A stretch of 64,000 nucleotides of DNA, from assembly GCF_009914755.1 (NCBI RefSeq), contig NC_060932.1; one strand, given 5' to 3'. Shown here piece after piece: positions 17,719 to 30,930 of this stretch. Below the pieces are notes generated by a model, which saw nothing but the letters and a program-made list of their open reading frames with translations, ran no database searches and was not told the DNA's origin. The position numbers and the translations under genes were made by a program. Source of the stretch: the human T2T-CHM13v2.0 reference genome, Homo sapiens. Every line of letters starts with the position of its first letter. Position 1 is the first letter of the stretch.

Positions 17719-17838
17719 GGACTTCCGGCTCTGTATCTGAGCAGACTTCCGGCTCTGCATCTGAGCGGACTTCCGGCTCTGCATCTGAGTGGACTTCCGG
17801 CTCTGCATCTGAGCGGACTTCTGGCTCTGCATCTGAGA
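17719..17838. repeat. Minisatellite, 5 x 24 bp (ggacttccggctctgcatctgagc)
   Basis: Units start at 17719, 17743, 17767, 17791 and 17815, each with 0-2 mismatches to the consensus. Confidence 0.97.
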
Positions 17839-18826
17839 GTCTCCAGGCCATGCGTGCAGGTTCCCTGCACACCGTCGTGCTCCCCGTTTCTCGGGTTCTT
17901 AGTAAATAAACTTGGTGCTAAGCCTAATGGAGCCTTTTGAGTTTGATTGACAATTGGAGTAAAGACTTTTTGGTTGTTTTGTATCCAAGTCATATTATAT
18001 ACAGGCATGGACACTGGTTATACAAGAGACATCAGTGTAAAAGGCAAAAATTTAAAGGAAATTAGAATATATTGATGGACAGGAACACATCAAAATTAAG
18101 GACTTATGTTTATGGGATTATTCTGACAAATGTAAGTTTGTGGACAGATTAGAAGAAGACATTTGGGACATCTAAAAATGCAGAAGAATTAATGTTACTA
18201 TCTAGAGTATCAGAATAAATATTGCAAATCTGTGAGGATATATGAAGCCAGGCAAAAGATGTAATCAGAAAATGTGCAGAATGAAAAGCTGGAAGACTAG
18301 TGAGTTCATGAGTAGTGCCTGAAAACTGGAAAATCAGTAGAAACTTTTTAAAGAAGTCACCAAATTAAGCTGATTTGAAATCTAGGAGCTGATTTTAAAC
18401 CTAGATTAAAGCTGACTTTTAAACTAAAATCAAAATCAATTTTTTATAGTGTGAAAAATAAAGACAGACATTTCAATGATTTAATATACTCACGAGGCTT
18501 GGGCTTTGTGATGAAAAGTTAAAAAGCATGAATTTCAAATGAGTTAGTGTGTTCCATACAACATAGGAAACAGCGTTTTGCTAGATTTTATATGACTTAA
18601 GCTGTGTATAATCCAGAGAGGTCAAAGTCCAGAGAAGACATGAGAAAACAAAATAAAGCCAGGTTGTGAAGACTTGCTACCAATCCCTCTTTAAAATGTG
18701 TTATTAGTAGACTTTACGTTTTGAGCAGTTTTACGTTTAAAGAAAAATTTAATAAAAAGTACAGAGAGTTCCTGTATATCTGTTCCTCCCCATCCCCATT
18801 TTAGTCTATTTATTAATAATATCTCT

Positions 18827-19568
<742 letters not shown>

Positions 19569-20073
19569 CCCTAAAAAACCCCTGTGCTCTGCCTGTTTAT
19601 TTCTCCATTCTTCCACGTGAGCCTCTGGAAACAACTGATTTTTTTCTTCACTGTCTCCATAGCTTTGCCTTTTTGAAAATATCCTATAGTCAAAATCATA
19701 CAGTGTGGAGCATTTTCAGAATGGTTTATTTCCCTTAATAATCTGCATTTAAGTTTTCTCCATATATTTCAATGACTTTATAGCTCACTTCTTTTTATTG
19801 GTGAGTAATATTCCAACGTATAGACATACCACAGTCTGTTAATTCATTTCTCTTACTGAAGGACAAGCTTGCTGCATTCAAGCTTTGGCAATTATGAATA
19901 AAGCTTCTATGAACATCGGTGTGCAGTTTTTTGTGTGAATATAAATTTTCATATCATTTGTGTAAATACCAAGGAGTGTGATTGCTGGATGGCATAGCCA
20001 GAGTATACTTAGTTTTACAAGAAAATACCAAACTGTCTCCCAACATGGACGTACCATTTTGCATTCTCACCAG

Positions 20074-20630
20074 TGTTACAGTCTCACCAATGCCTCACAA
20101 TGTATCAGTCTCTCATTATAAGATGTTACCCAGAGTTTTCTCTTTCACAAACAAGAGAATTAAGAAGCATGGACACAAAGGGTGACGTTGGAGTGAAAGT
20201 TAAATAAACAAGAGAAGAAAACACTTCACCATGGAGAAGGGAACTGGAAGAGGGTTGCTGTTTTTACAGTTGCATGCAAAGGCTTTTACAGGAAACCAGT
20301 GAGTGCTGGGCATCTCATTTGCATAAGGTGTGAATTTCTGGTAGCTCCACCCTATCGTCCTAGTGTGCATGCAGGCCCTTAGCTTGGGTTATCCCATATT
20401 GCTTTGTTCCCCTTACTACACACGTGTTAGGGGATGGATCTCAGCAATTCACCTGTGTAGCCTTTCTTATCTATGCAGTTGTGGGTATGTCTTAGGCAAG
20501 CCCTTCTGTGCAAGTTCCCTTATCTATGCCTGCAGCTTAATTTTTTAGGCTGTTCTTTTGTTTGAAAGAATTTTACTGAGAACCCATCTTAACTGACTGC
20601 CTGACCATTTCCTTCCTTTCTCCTCTCTCA
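20074..20630 (-). mobile_element. ERV1 solo LTR (MER61-like)
   Basis: TG...CA termini; near-TSD ccag/ccac; host L1 resumes in register; octamer ATTTGCAT at 20317-20324. Confidence 0.75.
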
Positions 20631-21007
20631 CCACCAATGAATAAAAGTTCCTGTTACTCCACATTTGTTGGTGTCAGTGTTTTGGAGTTTCATCATTTTA
20701 ATAGGTGTGACGTGGTATCTTATTGCTGTTTTAATTTACAATATCCTGATTACATATGATGTAGAACATCTTTTCTAACCCATACCTAATTTTTTCTTTT
20801 GCCTGTCCTTAAATTTACCAGTCTGTGGTCAATCTTTCCAAAATGATCCCAAAGAAATTAATGTCTTTTTGTTTCTGTTAAGTTATCCTAACCCAGGAGA
20901 CTGTGTGTTTCCTAAAATGTCTATGAAAAATTGCATACACTCCAATAATAATTGGCATCACTACTATCTTTGTGCAGCCTGTTTGTTTTAGTGTCTGTGT
21001 CAAGCCT

Positions 21008-21668
21008 GTGTCAAGTGGGTTCACCTTGCCCATTGCCTAGACAGAGTGGATTTGTCAAGACAGGGGAATTGCAGTAGAGAAAGAGTAATTCACACGGAAC
21101 TGGCTGTGTGGGAGACCAGAGTTTAATTATTGCTTAAATCAGTCTCCCCAATGATTCAGGGATCAGTGTTTTCAAGACTAATTTGGTGGGTGGGGAAAGG
21201 CCAGTGAGTCAAGAGTCAAGAGTCAAGGGAATTGAAGCTGTCCTCTTGTGCTGAGTCAGTTCCTGGGTGGGGGCCACAAGATTAGATGAGCCAATTTATC
21301 CATCTGGGTGGTGCCAGCTGATCCATTAAGTGCAGGGTCTCCAAAAAGTCTCAAGCACTGACCTTAGGAGCAGTTCAGGGAGGCTCAGAACCTTGTAGCC
21401 TCCACTGGCATGACTCTTAAATCATAATTTCTAATCTAGTGTCTAATTTGTTTGTCCTACAAAGGCAGTCTAGTCCCCAGGCAAGAAGGAAGTTTAGTTT
21501 GGGAAAGGGCTGTTATCAACTTTGTTTTAACTATAAACTAAGTTCCTCTCAAAGTTAGTTAAGCCTATGCCCAGGAAAGAATAAGGACGGCTTGGAGGTT
21601 AGAAGCAAGATGGAGTTGGTTACGTCAGATCTCTTTCACTGTCTCATAATTTTGCAATGGCGGTTTCA
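21008..21668 (-). mobile_element. LTR8-family solo LTR
   Basis: Reverse strand begins tgaaaccgccattgcaaaattatgagacagtgaaagagatct. Confidence 0.88.
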
Positions 21669-21836
21669 CTTTGAGAAGTGATGTAAAAGTTCTGAGAGTG
21701 ACCGATGCAGTTAGCCCTCTTCTTTTCTCCTGTGACTGGCCGCATTTTCATTTTATGAAGCCACATGCACACAGATCACCTGCAACTCTATCCCTGCCTT
21801 CTTTAGTCTTTTACGTTTCAGGCCTTTATTGAGAAC

Positions 21837-22361
21837 TGTGAATCACAAATTGACTGAGGCAGGTCTCAATCTCTAGAGGTTTATTTAGCCTAGGTTGAGG
21901 ATACGGCCAGAAAACATACAAGCCGCAAGAGCATCTGTGAGCTGCGCTTTTTCCAAAGTGGGTTTTGGAAGCTTCAGTATTTAAAGGGGGAAAGAGCAAG
22001 CAGGAGAGGAAAAAAAATGATGGAGGGAGGGGAGGGAGGGGAGGCAGTGAGGCAGATGGTTACATTCTTCTGAGGCTCTGATTAGCCTCAGTGAAGCTAC
22101 ATTTTACATGTGAAAAGAGTGAATAGAGGGAAAAGTCAATTGTGCATTGTCTTGCATTCAGTAAATCTACATTTTACATAAGATCAATTAACATGCGAAA
22201 AGAGGGAGTAGAGGAAATGAGGCTATGACACAGGGTTGTGAAACACCAGCTGTCTGTTTGGGAACAAAAGAAAAAGCAGTTTTTGTGTGACTCAGTTCCC
22301 AAGCTGAACTTTCCCTTTAGCATAGTGAGTTTGGGGTCCCAAGGTTCTATTTTCTTCCACA
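21837..22361 (-). mobile_element. MER4-family solo LTR
   Basis: TG...CA with perfect 4-bp TSD GAAC; ttccctttagcatagtgagtttggggtcccaag. Confidence 0.88.
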
Positions 22362-22934
22362 GAACATAGAATAATAATAGACAGAAATTGTTGTTCATTT
22401 TCTCTTTACCTCTCTTGGCCCCCTTTCACCCACCCATTATTTTAGAGGCTTAGTGGATGATCACCTTGCACCTCTTCATTCAAATTAGAAACTCAGCGTC
22501 TTTTTCCTACTTTACCTGGCATAATCAACTACTCAGCACTTCTCACACAATCTTTCTCCAAAAAGCTCCAGAAAGCCTCCTGTCAACTCATTCCTTCTGG
22601 GATCACCTTGTTTGAGTGTCCATCTTCTATTTGGGCCTGCAGTCTCTCTTCCACGATGCTGTGGGAATCACCAACTTTCAAGGATGTTCCCAGGACCACA
22701 GTCCTCACACCTTGGGATCACACCATACTCACCTTCCCGCCCTCCTCTCCTCCCCTCCTCACTTCTGCACAACCACCGTCCTGCCCCACCAGGGTCATTC
22801 ACAGCAGCCTGACAGGCCAGATGTTTCCAGATCTCTAATATTCATGATCGCTCATCCGAGACTGTTTGCCTCAAATCTCAATGGGATATTCTTTATCCTT
22901 CAAAGATCTTCCATACACTCTTCTCAAAATCAAC

Positions 22935-23691
22935 TGATATAGAAGGGCTGGGCTCCGGCCTAAACCCCACCCTTGAACCCGTGCCTAGAACCCGTGGCCC
23001 TAAGTGAAAACCGCTAACCCCAGTTTTCTGCCCAAATGTTGCCTTTTCGGCCTTCCATGCCCCTATCCTGTGCCCGTAAAAAGACTTCAGCTGGTAGAGC
23101 AACACAAGGGGCTGAGCATCAGGGATACAAGTGACTGCAGAGAAGCAACTGAGCATCGGAGACCACAGGTAAACATGGCTAACTTCAGGTTGTGCAGCTT
23201 CAAAGAGGGGCTTGGCTGTAGACAGCTGTGCTTCAGGGAAGATCACTTTCTTCCCACACCATCACTTTTCTAACTTTACATCCCTCAGAGAGCCACTTCC
23301 GTCGCCCAATAAAATCCACTGCATACACTACCCTTCAATTTGTTCATGTGATCTGATTCTTCTTGGATACCAGACAAGAACCCCAGTGCCAAAAGGGCAG
23401 GGGCTGCCACCCTGAGCCTCCACTGAGCTGGTTGGCACTTGGTCATCCCTAGGTGGCAGAGCTGAAAGAAAGTACTGGTTGTAATGCACTTGGATGCTGC
23501 TGTGGGGCCCACACAGAGCCTGCTCCCACCAGAGAGGAGTGACCAGATGGCTCCAACATTCCTTTGCTCTGGTTTTCACACTCACTTGCTTACACTCTCC
23601 CTCTTGCGAGGAGTGGCCAGCGGTAGGTTGAGTGAAGCGAACAACTCCAGTTCCTGCCCACGAAGGGGGTTAAGGGAATTATCCTATCTCA
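22935..23691 (+). mobile_element. ERV1 solo LTR (LTR1/LTR27/LTR28 group)
   Basis: TG...CA with perfect TSD CAAC; AATAAA at 23308; cctatcctgtgcccgtaaaaagac TATA region. Confidence 0.8.
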
Positions 23692-23926
23692 CAACTTTGT
23701 AGACTGAATCAGTCTTTCCTCTGTTAGAGGATAATGCAAGAATCCTCATCCTTACAATCCTTGACATCTTGTATCTAATGACTGATCTACATGACTGTTT
23801 CTCTTCCCATACAGTGAGCTTCTCAAGGGAACAAGTACAGACCCCACTCCTCCTCCACCAGCATCCTCACATTGCATTTGGCACTTGGAAGACACTCAGA
23901 TGTCTGCTTAAAAAAAGGAATACATG

Positions 23927-24269
<343 letters not shown>

Positions 24270-24678
24270 TTATTCTCCATATGACTTTCATAAGACAGGG
24301 GAGAGAGCACACCACTAGATTTTTGAGAAACGTGCATGTATTTGGTCATGCCACAAATGATTAATTTGAAGATCTTTACCATTACAGCAACATTTTGAAT
24401 ATTTCCATTTTTATCTGCTCTATGACCTAGACTTTTTAGCTGATAGACTGATGTGCTGTTGTGGCTATCCCAAATGCCAAAAAAAAAAAAAAAAAAAAAA
24501 AAAAGATTGGTTTTTAAATGATAGAATCTGAAAAATTACATTTTTGAAATGCTTACTGAAATATTTTAAGTACATATTTTATGAAACGACATTTTTATTC
24601 GATCATACCATATTAATAAATAGGAATTTAATTTACCTGCAGCCCTAGATTTGAGAATTTTATTTTCCTATGGGGGCG

Positions 24679-25243
24679 TGAAAGTTACCAATATCAAAAT
24701 GAAGTCATTAATGTGAAACTCTAACAAATTAGAGCCGGCCGACCATGCAGGAGGAGCCCTCTTACATGTGTATGTATGACGGGAACTATGTAAGGAATTC
24801 CTCAAAACTGCTGTGTTCCAGGTAAGGCACTTGCACAGTGGCACGTGCCTCCAAATGCTATCTCCACCAATGAGCTAATGCTAACTCCTACAACAAGCTC
24901 CTGTAACCAAAGCTCTCTGTTTTATTTGGTTCTCGTTTTAAGTTGTACACATTTATGGGGCGCATGTGCAATTCTGTTCCATGCATAGATTGCGTAGTGG
25001 TCGAGTCAGGGCTTTTAGGGTATCCATCACCTGAATAATCTACATTGTACCCATTAACCAGTTCCAAGATCTTTGTTTCAAAAAAAGCTTACATGGACTT
25101 CTTGTCTTTCATAGATGCTCCTGTGCCCTACCCTCTCGAATGCCCTCATGGTCTGCCACAGCACTGGTATCCCAGATTGCAGTTCCTGAATAAGCTCTTT
25201 GCTTTGGAAAGTCAGTCTTTCTGTGGCTCATTTTAGGTTGACA
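24679..25243 (+). mobile_element. ERV1 MER4-group solo LTR with a small antisense L1MA/PB 3' fragment (about 24917-25060)
   Basis: tgaaagttaccaatatcaaaatgaagtca...ttttaggttgaca; near-TSD ggcg/ggag. Confidence 0.7.
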
Positions 25244-25936
25244 GGAGCTCACAATAAACTTAATTTTGGTCCTTTGTAAAAGGAGACAAGTGAGTCTCCT
25301 GGCAGTCTAAAAGAATGTAGGTGAAGAAAACACGACTCACAGTCTGGGTCAACGTGTATCATAAGCAACAAAACCCCTACTTGTTTTTCTACAGGTGCAA
25401 GAGTATTTGAGTGTGAGCTACGACAAAGCATTCCATACACTGCCACTGTGGCTTTTAGAATTCATTCTGCAGTTTAAAAATTAATGGGGAATCTGGCAGT
25501 CTGAAAGGAGCAGAATAAAATCAAAGTCACTGCTCACTCAATGTTTAAAACTCAAGCAGTTGGAACAGTTTTCACACCTTTCTTATGTGCAGGCCAGCTG
25601 GGGAAATCCAGGAATCCACCCAACGTAAGTGAAATGGCATTTTCTGTGACTTACTTACTAGATACTTGTCACAGTGGGCCTAAAGCTTAATCACAGACTA
25701 CAGGAAATGGTTTCCATCTGAGTCCTTTATTTTGCAAGAGATTCCCAGAAAATTGCTGAAGGATTCTCTTGTAAAAACTTACTTCCTGACGCTGGACACA
25801 CTGTGTGTCCAGGACATCTTTGCAATGCCCATCATGGACATGGCTGGCCCTATTCCTTGTATAAAATGGACAGATTAACCTCAGGATAGAAGCAATAAAA
25901 CTGAGATGTGCTTTCTGCATTTGTAAAAGTAGATAA

Positions 25937-26442
25937 TGTAGTGGAGGAGAAATTGACACCTCTCCACCCTCCTAGGTTCTTTGGCTGAGCAACAAATTAC
26001 ATGAATACTAAGATTAATACGAGACAAATAATTTTAATTACATACTAAGCATGAGAGTCCCATAAACAGGAGACTCAAAGCAGTGCCAAATGGTTGAGCT
26101 TCCCGAGCGCTATGGAAAGGAATCAGGGCTTGTATCTGCATAACAAGAAAACCTCAGAGATGGTGGGGAGAAGTCACAGGAGGATGAGGGGAGGAAGGTA
26201 TGGAGAACGGGGGTTTTCTTGTTATGCAGATAAAAGTCCTGCAGATGAGAAAGGCTGTCTTAGAGCAGCTTTCTTCCTGGTGTGGGCACGTTTGCTAACG
26301 AACATTTCCTTTTTTATACCTTATTTTCTGCAGTGGAGAAGGATGTGAGGAGCTTTCCCTGTGTTGGCTCGTTCTCAAATTCTTCAAAGTAATCAATATG
26401 CTAGGGTGGTACGTTGAGGGGTGATGTATTCTGGTCTCCTGT
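25937..26442 (-). mobile_element. ERV1 MER34-group LTR
   Basis: tgtagtggaggagaaa...gttatgcagataaaag...aaagtaatcaatatgc...ggggtgatgtattctgg. Confidence 0.65.
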
Positions 26443-28159
26443 AGTCCTGTTTTTGGGTTTATGCCCTAAACCCTAATAATAATAAGGCTGACAATACATT
26501 TTGTACCATGGGAAAGGTGAACATTTGATGTGACCGACCTCCCTCCAATTTGGTTCCCATTGGTTGCTGTGGTAATCCATCCTGAGAAACTGGCTCCCCT
26601 GATTCCTGGACGATGGTGCTGGTGAGGGTGCCTTGGTGATGGTGGCACTAGGAGTGGGTTGGCAGTGACAGCTACTCACTGTTCCTAAATATTTATTAAG
26701 AATCCAAACTGCACTGGGCCCTTCATGAGCAGGAACAATTTTAGTCCACTCAGCTGTGGTATGAGCTCAGTATTTTTGTTTTCATCATTGAGAAAGATTC
26801 ATCCCAACTAATTCCAGATACCATTTTCTTTCCAATGTTCGTCTGATTTCACATTTATTCATCACTTACCCCTGACATTTAACTAAAGCCCAGTATGAGA
26901 GGTTAGACAATTCAAGCAAAATCACACTTACTTGTCACATCCAGCTTATCTCCAAGAAGACTGAAAATCTTCCCCACTTCTTGTCACTGTCCTCATTAGT
27001 AAGAGGAAATATACAACATCTGAAAAACAACACTGTATGAAGTCCAGTAATATATCTTTACAGTGTACTAAGAAAGGAAAAGAATGAATATACAAAGGGA
27101 ATATGTAAAAGCAAGAATTTCGCTTTTCTAAAATGCTCTCTTGAGTAGAGGAAAGCAGTGTCTACTCTCATTGTGTGGCCGTGTTTGCATTTTTCGTCTT
27201 CATCTCTCAGTTTTATAGTTTAGCGACGGAATCGTGTCCTATAATTAGCATTAACTTAGGGACGGGATAACCTTCAGTGCTCCAAATATTGTTCTGCAAT
27301 TTCTGTAAATGGTAAGATGTCTTGCAAATGTTTAAGGTTCATGGTTCAGAAATACTATTTAGTACCCCAGACATGTATTTACTCATAAACATGCCTGCAC
27401 GTAAGATCATATTTCCAGGGCTCACAGGACTGATGTGGCTTTTCAATTTATATAGGAACAGTGACTGAAATCCTCTTAATTAAATGCCAGATAGAAGACC
27501 AGAATATCTAGGTAGCTATTTTAATTTCATTTCAGACAAAATGCCACAAAGTTTCAAACCGTAACATTTTCAACTCCAGATCAGGCAGGGAAACTGCCAG
27601 CTTCTTGGTGACAAAGAGTGCTCCTGCCAGCTTTCTGGTTTGTCTCCGGAACCAGATTCAGGGGCAACTTTGCATTTGACAAAATTCCCGAATTCCTTCG
27701 GGCTGTTGTGTGGGTGAATACTCTGACAACCTGAGACACCCATTTCCATGTGATGGATTTTCAAAGTTAAGCCTTCTATGAAAAGAATGATAATCAATTT
27801 CTTGTCAATTAATTTAGAGAGTATGGCATAAGATAATATGGTACATTTTGGAAAGGCTATTTTTAGACTAGTATGCCTCTCACTGAAAGGGAGGGGCTTT
27901 TTTTTTTTTTAAGTATGAGCAAACTGTTACTGCTTCTGTTATCAAATCAAGCTACTTAATTTAGAAAATGACCCTCTAAGACGACAGAAACTAACGTAAG
28001 AAACAAAGCCAAACAAACGCAAGAACAATCGGCATCATATGTCTCTTTTAGGATAAACAGCTTAATGAATAGCACAGCAAACGAATTCAGAAAGACCATG
28101 TATGCCAAACAGTGCCAGCCAGCACTGCGGGCAGCACAGATCAGTGAAAAGAAGCAGGA

Positions 28160-28300
28160 AAAGAAACAGAGAATCGGAGCCAGGGAGATCTGGGTTCAAC
28201 GCTTCAGTCCCTGTTCCAACACTTACTAACTAGGTGATTTTGAACGAGTAATTTAACTTTTTCATACATCAGTTCCCTCATGTGTTAAGTAATATACCAT
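28160..28300 (+). mobile_element. MIR fragment
   Basis: ggagccagggagatctgggttcaa...acttactaactaggtgattttgaacgagtaatttaac...atcagttccctcat. Confidence 0.65.
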
Positions 28301-28566
28301 CATTAGCTTTCTATTCTGACAGTGGGAATTAAATTACTGTTCAAATTCTCTGGCTCATTCTCTCCTGTCACTAAACCTGGTCATTTCCATAATATGTACA
28401 AATAACTCGCTAACTTAAGTAAGCAGCAAAGGGGACTGGAATTGTTTTTATCTCATGTCGTAGCTGAACTGATGCCTCACAGACCAACACACTTTGGAAA
28501 TGAAATTATTTTCTGGGAGACAGCAGTGAGGTTCATTCTTTCAAAAGGGTTTTGGATGCATACAAT

Positions 28567-29245
28567 TGTTGAGGCTCAGAACACGACACCCCGAAGGACG
28601 ATGCCTTGGCGTTGCTGCACACCATAAGCTGAAGGAGACTGGAAAGGCTGCAGAGCACGGTCTCCCGGGCCTTCCCCGTCCTGTCGTCTCTCTCTCCTCC
28701 TTCTACCCACAAAAGAGAGGTAGAAACCAGAACTTCTCTTTCTCAAGGTGGGGGTTTTGCCGTTAAAAGTCATGGCCAAAACTGCAATTACTTTTGCAAC
28801 AACCTAATATTAAACTTCTCTCCCCACAGCAAGCCGAAAAACCTAGAAAGATCCCTCTCTCCCTTCTCCCTCCAGACACTCATTCCAGAGGAGTCTTGCC
28901 GCCTACTCAGAGGTGGGTGAAGAATGCTATGGAGAGAGGCCAAGAAGGATCTGGAGTGGGCTTGCTGAGTTTCTGCTCAATCTATTATCATTAGCTAATA
29001 ACCTTTTCTCCAACGTTAGATTTTAAGTTAGACTTTAACGTTTCTTCCTCGTGGCTGTCCTTTCTTCATCAAACCTAAACATGCAAATAGACAATTTTCC
29101 CTGGGTCTTTGGGTCTTTATTTCCAAAGGCTCCCATATCATTTAAAACTTGGATTAAATAAATGTGTTATGCTTTTCTCCGGTACACCTGCCTCTCTTTA
29201 TAGGAGTGTCGGTCTTGAACCTTATGATGAGTGAGGAAAGGGAAC
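28567..29245 (+). mobile_element. MER39-like ERV1 LTR
   Basis: Collinear with the LTR at 39008 (cattccag; gtctttgggtctttatttccaaaggctcccatatc; aaccttatgatgagtgaggaaag). Confidence 0.7.
28752..28808. mobile_element. MADE1 (mariner MITE), partial
   Basis: ttttgccgttaaaagtcatggccaaaactgcaattacttttgcaacaacctaata matches the MADE1 TIR. Confidence 0.85.
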
Positions 29246-29703
29246 TCTGTGGATCAAATTCATGTCTTGTTCACCTCAGTGTTCATACCCAGTACTTTGT
29301 ATATCAGATGATTAGTAAATATATGAATTACAGTGACCTTGATAAGCTTGATATATTGTGGCTGTATTTATACTTCTACTAAAGAACTATTGTGGCCAAA
29401 GATATTTTCAGGATCCACCTAAAGGGGAATTGAGTTGAGAACACATTCATTCTGATTATGTGATTTGTAGTCATTTCTGTGAATAACTGATCCAAAATAT
29501 AAACGGTTCCCAGCAATATTTTTCTAGTCTGTATTTGTAACTTACACTATTTTGATGAATTTTCAGGGCCCAAAGTTCAGTCTCTATATAAAAATGACCT
29601 GTAGTAACCTGGCATTGTAAATACAGAGGCAGTAGATAAAAAACAAAGTTCAAACTGTGTACGTCCAGCAGGTAGACATGGAAAACTCTTCCAGTTATTG
29701 GCT

Positions 29704-30353
29704 GTGTCACACATTTCTTTAATATACTTGCTGCCTCAGTAACCATTTTTAGTAACCATTTATTTTTCAAACATAAGTTGTTTGAAATCCAGTTGTAACC
29801 TGTCACCTTTGGTCTAGTTGAAACTTCCTTTCTCCATGTGGTTGGTGGAGACATCACCTACTTGTTCCTGAAACCACTACCCAAAGTCCACAAACACCCC
29901 TTAGCTGCTAACCATGATAAACACCTAATATTTAACACCAGACTCATGTCGGTAAGTTTCCCTCTTTGCTTGTTTTTGTTCAACTGAGCCAATCCACAGA
30001 CCCCTTGAGAAAGGTGAAGATAACACCCACGGACCTTAGTTAAGACGCAGAGTTCCATGGGTCCTCTCTCTTCCCCTTGCTCCCCTCCCCACTGGCTGAG
30101 CTTCCCACAGCCTTCTGGATTTCCATTGCCCTCCCATCAGCACCAGTGATCTCCTAGGATCTAGAAGTCATCATGTTCTTCTATTTCATGCATTTGGGGT
30201 CCACCTTGTCCATTTGTCTCACCTCATACACACACACAAACCTAACTGCCCCCCGACCCCCTGGATCAGGCCTCTCCCAGAGGGTGGCTGTCTTGGCCCA
30301 TGGACACTCTTGACACAGACCTCAGGACTGAAAGAGGAACCATAAAAATTACA
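29704..30353 (+). mobile_element. ERVL LTR (MER54/MER73/MER74 group)
   Basis: cctttggtctagttgaaacttcc...ctctcccagagggtggctgtcttggcccatggacactc...gacctcaggac. Confidence 0.6.
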
Positions 30354-30589
30354 ATATGATGGGTTTAAAAAAATAGGCAGAATATCCAGTTCTAGTCAAA
30401 AGCAAAGTTGACTCCTGGATGGAAATATTTAGTAATTCAGTATACCCATGACGCATGCAGGTGGCTGATTGGATAACTAGCCCCATTCCTCCACAGCTCT
30501 CTGCACCCACACACTTGCTTTGCTCTCCTTACAGGTAAATCACCCTTCTCTGTTCCTCACTCTGCTCATCCTTGTGCCTTACTATGGCC

Positions 30590-30930
30590 AAAGGAATGAA
30601 GAAGGGATGTCGATATGCTGATGCAGGGTGTGAACCCTTCAGAGGCCACACGTGGCTCCACTCAGTTCTCTCTGCCGCGTCTGTGAGCGCAATATGCCCT
30701 GCTAAACTTACGGTCCAAAGAGAACAAGAACAGCATGCAGCAGAGACCCCAGGTGACCCACAGAACCTCAGTGACAAGCAGAGTTGCCCCAGCCATCTAG
30801 CGGAGCCTACCCAAGAGAGCCAAATGCCGGCTAGCCTGGAGATACATGGCAATGGACACTTTTTATCTAAACTTCTGAGTTTGGCATAGCTCTACCATGC
30901 AGTAGTAGTATGGCAGGAGCTAAACTACCA
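30590..30930 (+). mobile_element. Old MLT1 (J/K-like) LTR fragment
   Basis: Degenerate 3' end ttctgagtttgg...atgcagtagtagtatggcaggagctaaacta. Confidence 0.5.

Noticed and set aside
17719-17838. CRISPR-like array
   Set aside because: Head-to-tail repeats with no unique spacers, in primate DNA
17607-18014. Minus-strand ORFs with repeated peptides (RCRAGSPL / SDAEPEVR)
   Set aside because: By-product of a 24-bp unit divisible by three; no splice or homology evidence for coding
20317-20330. OCT-SOX composite site in the MER61-like LTR
   Set aside because: The octamer is present but the adjacent SOX half (ACAAT/ACAAA) is not
27687-27702. Hairpin cccgaa-ttcc-ttcggg
   Set aside because: A 6-bp stem is expected by chance in 64 kb, and there is no RNA-gene context
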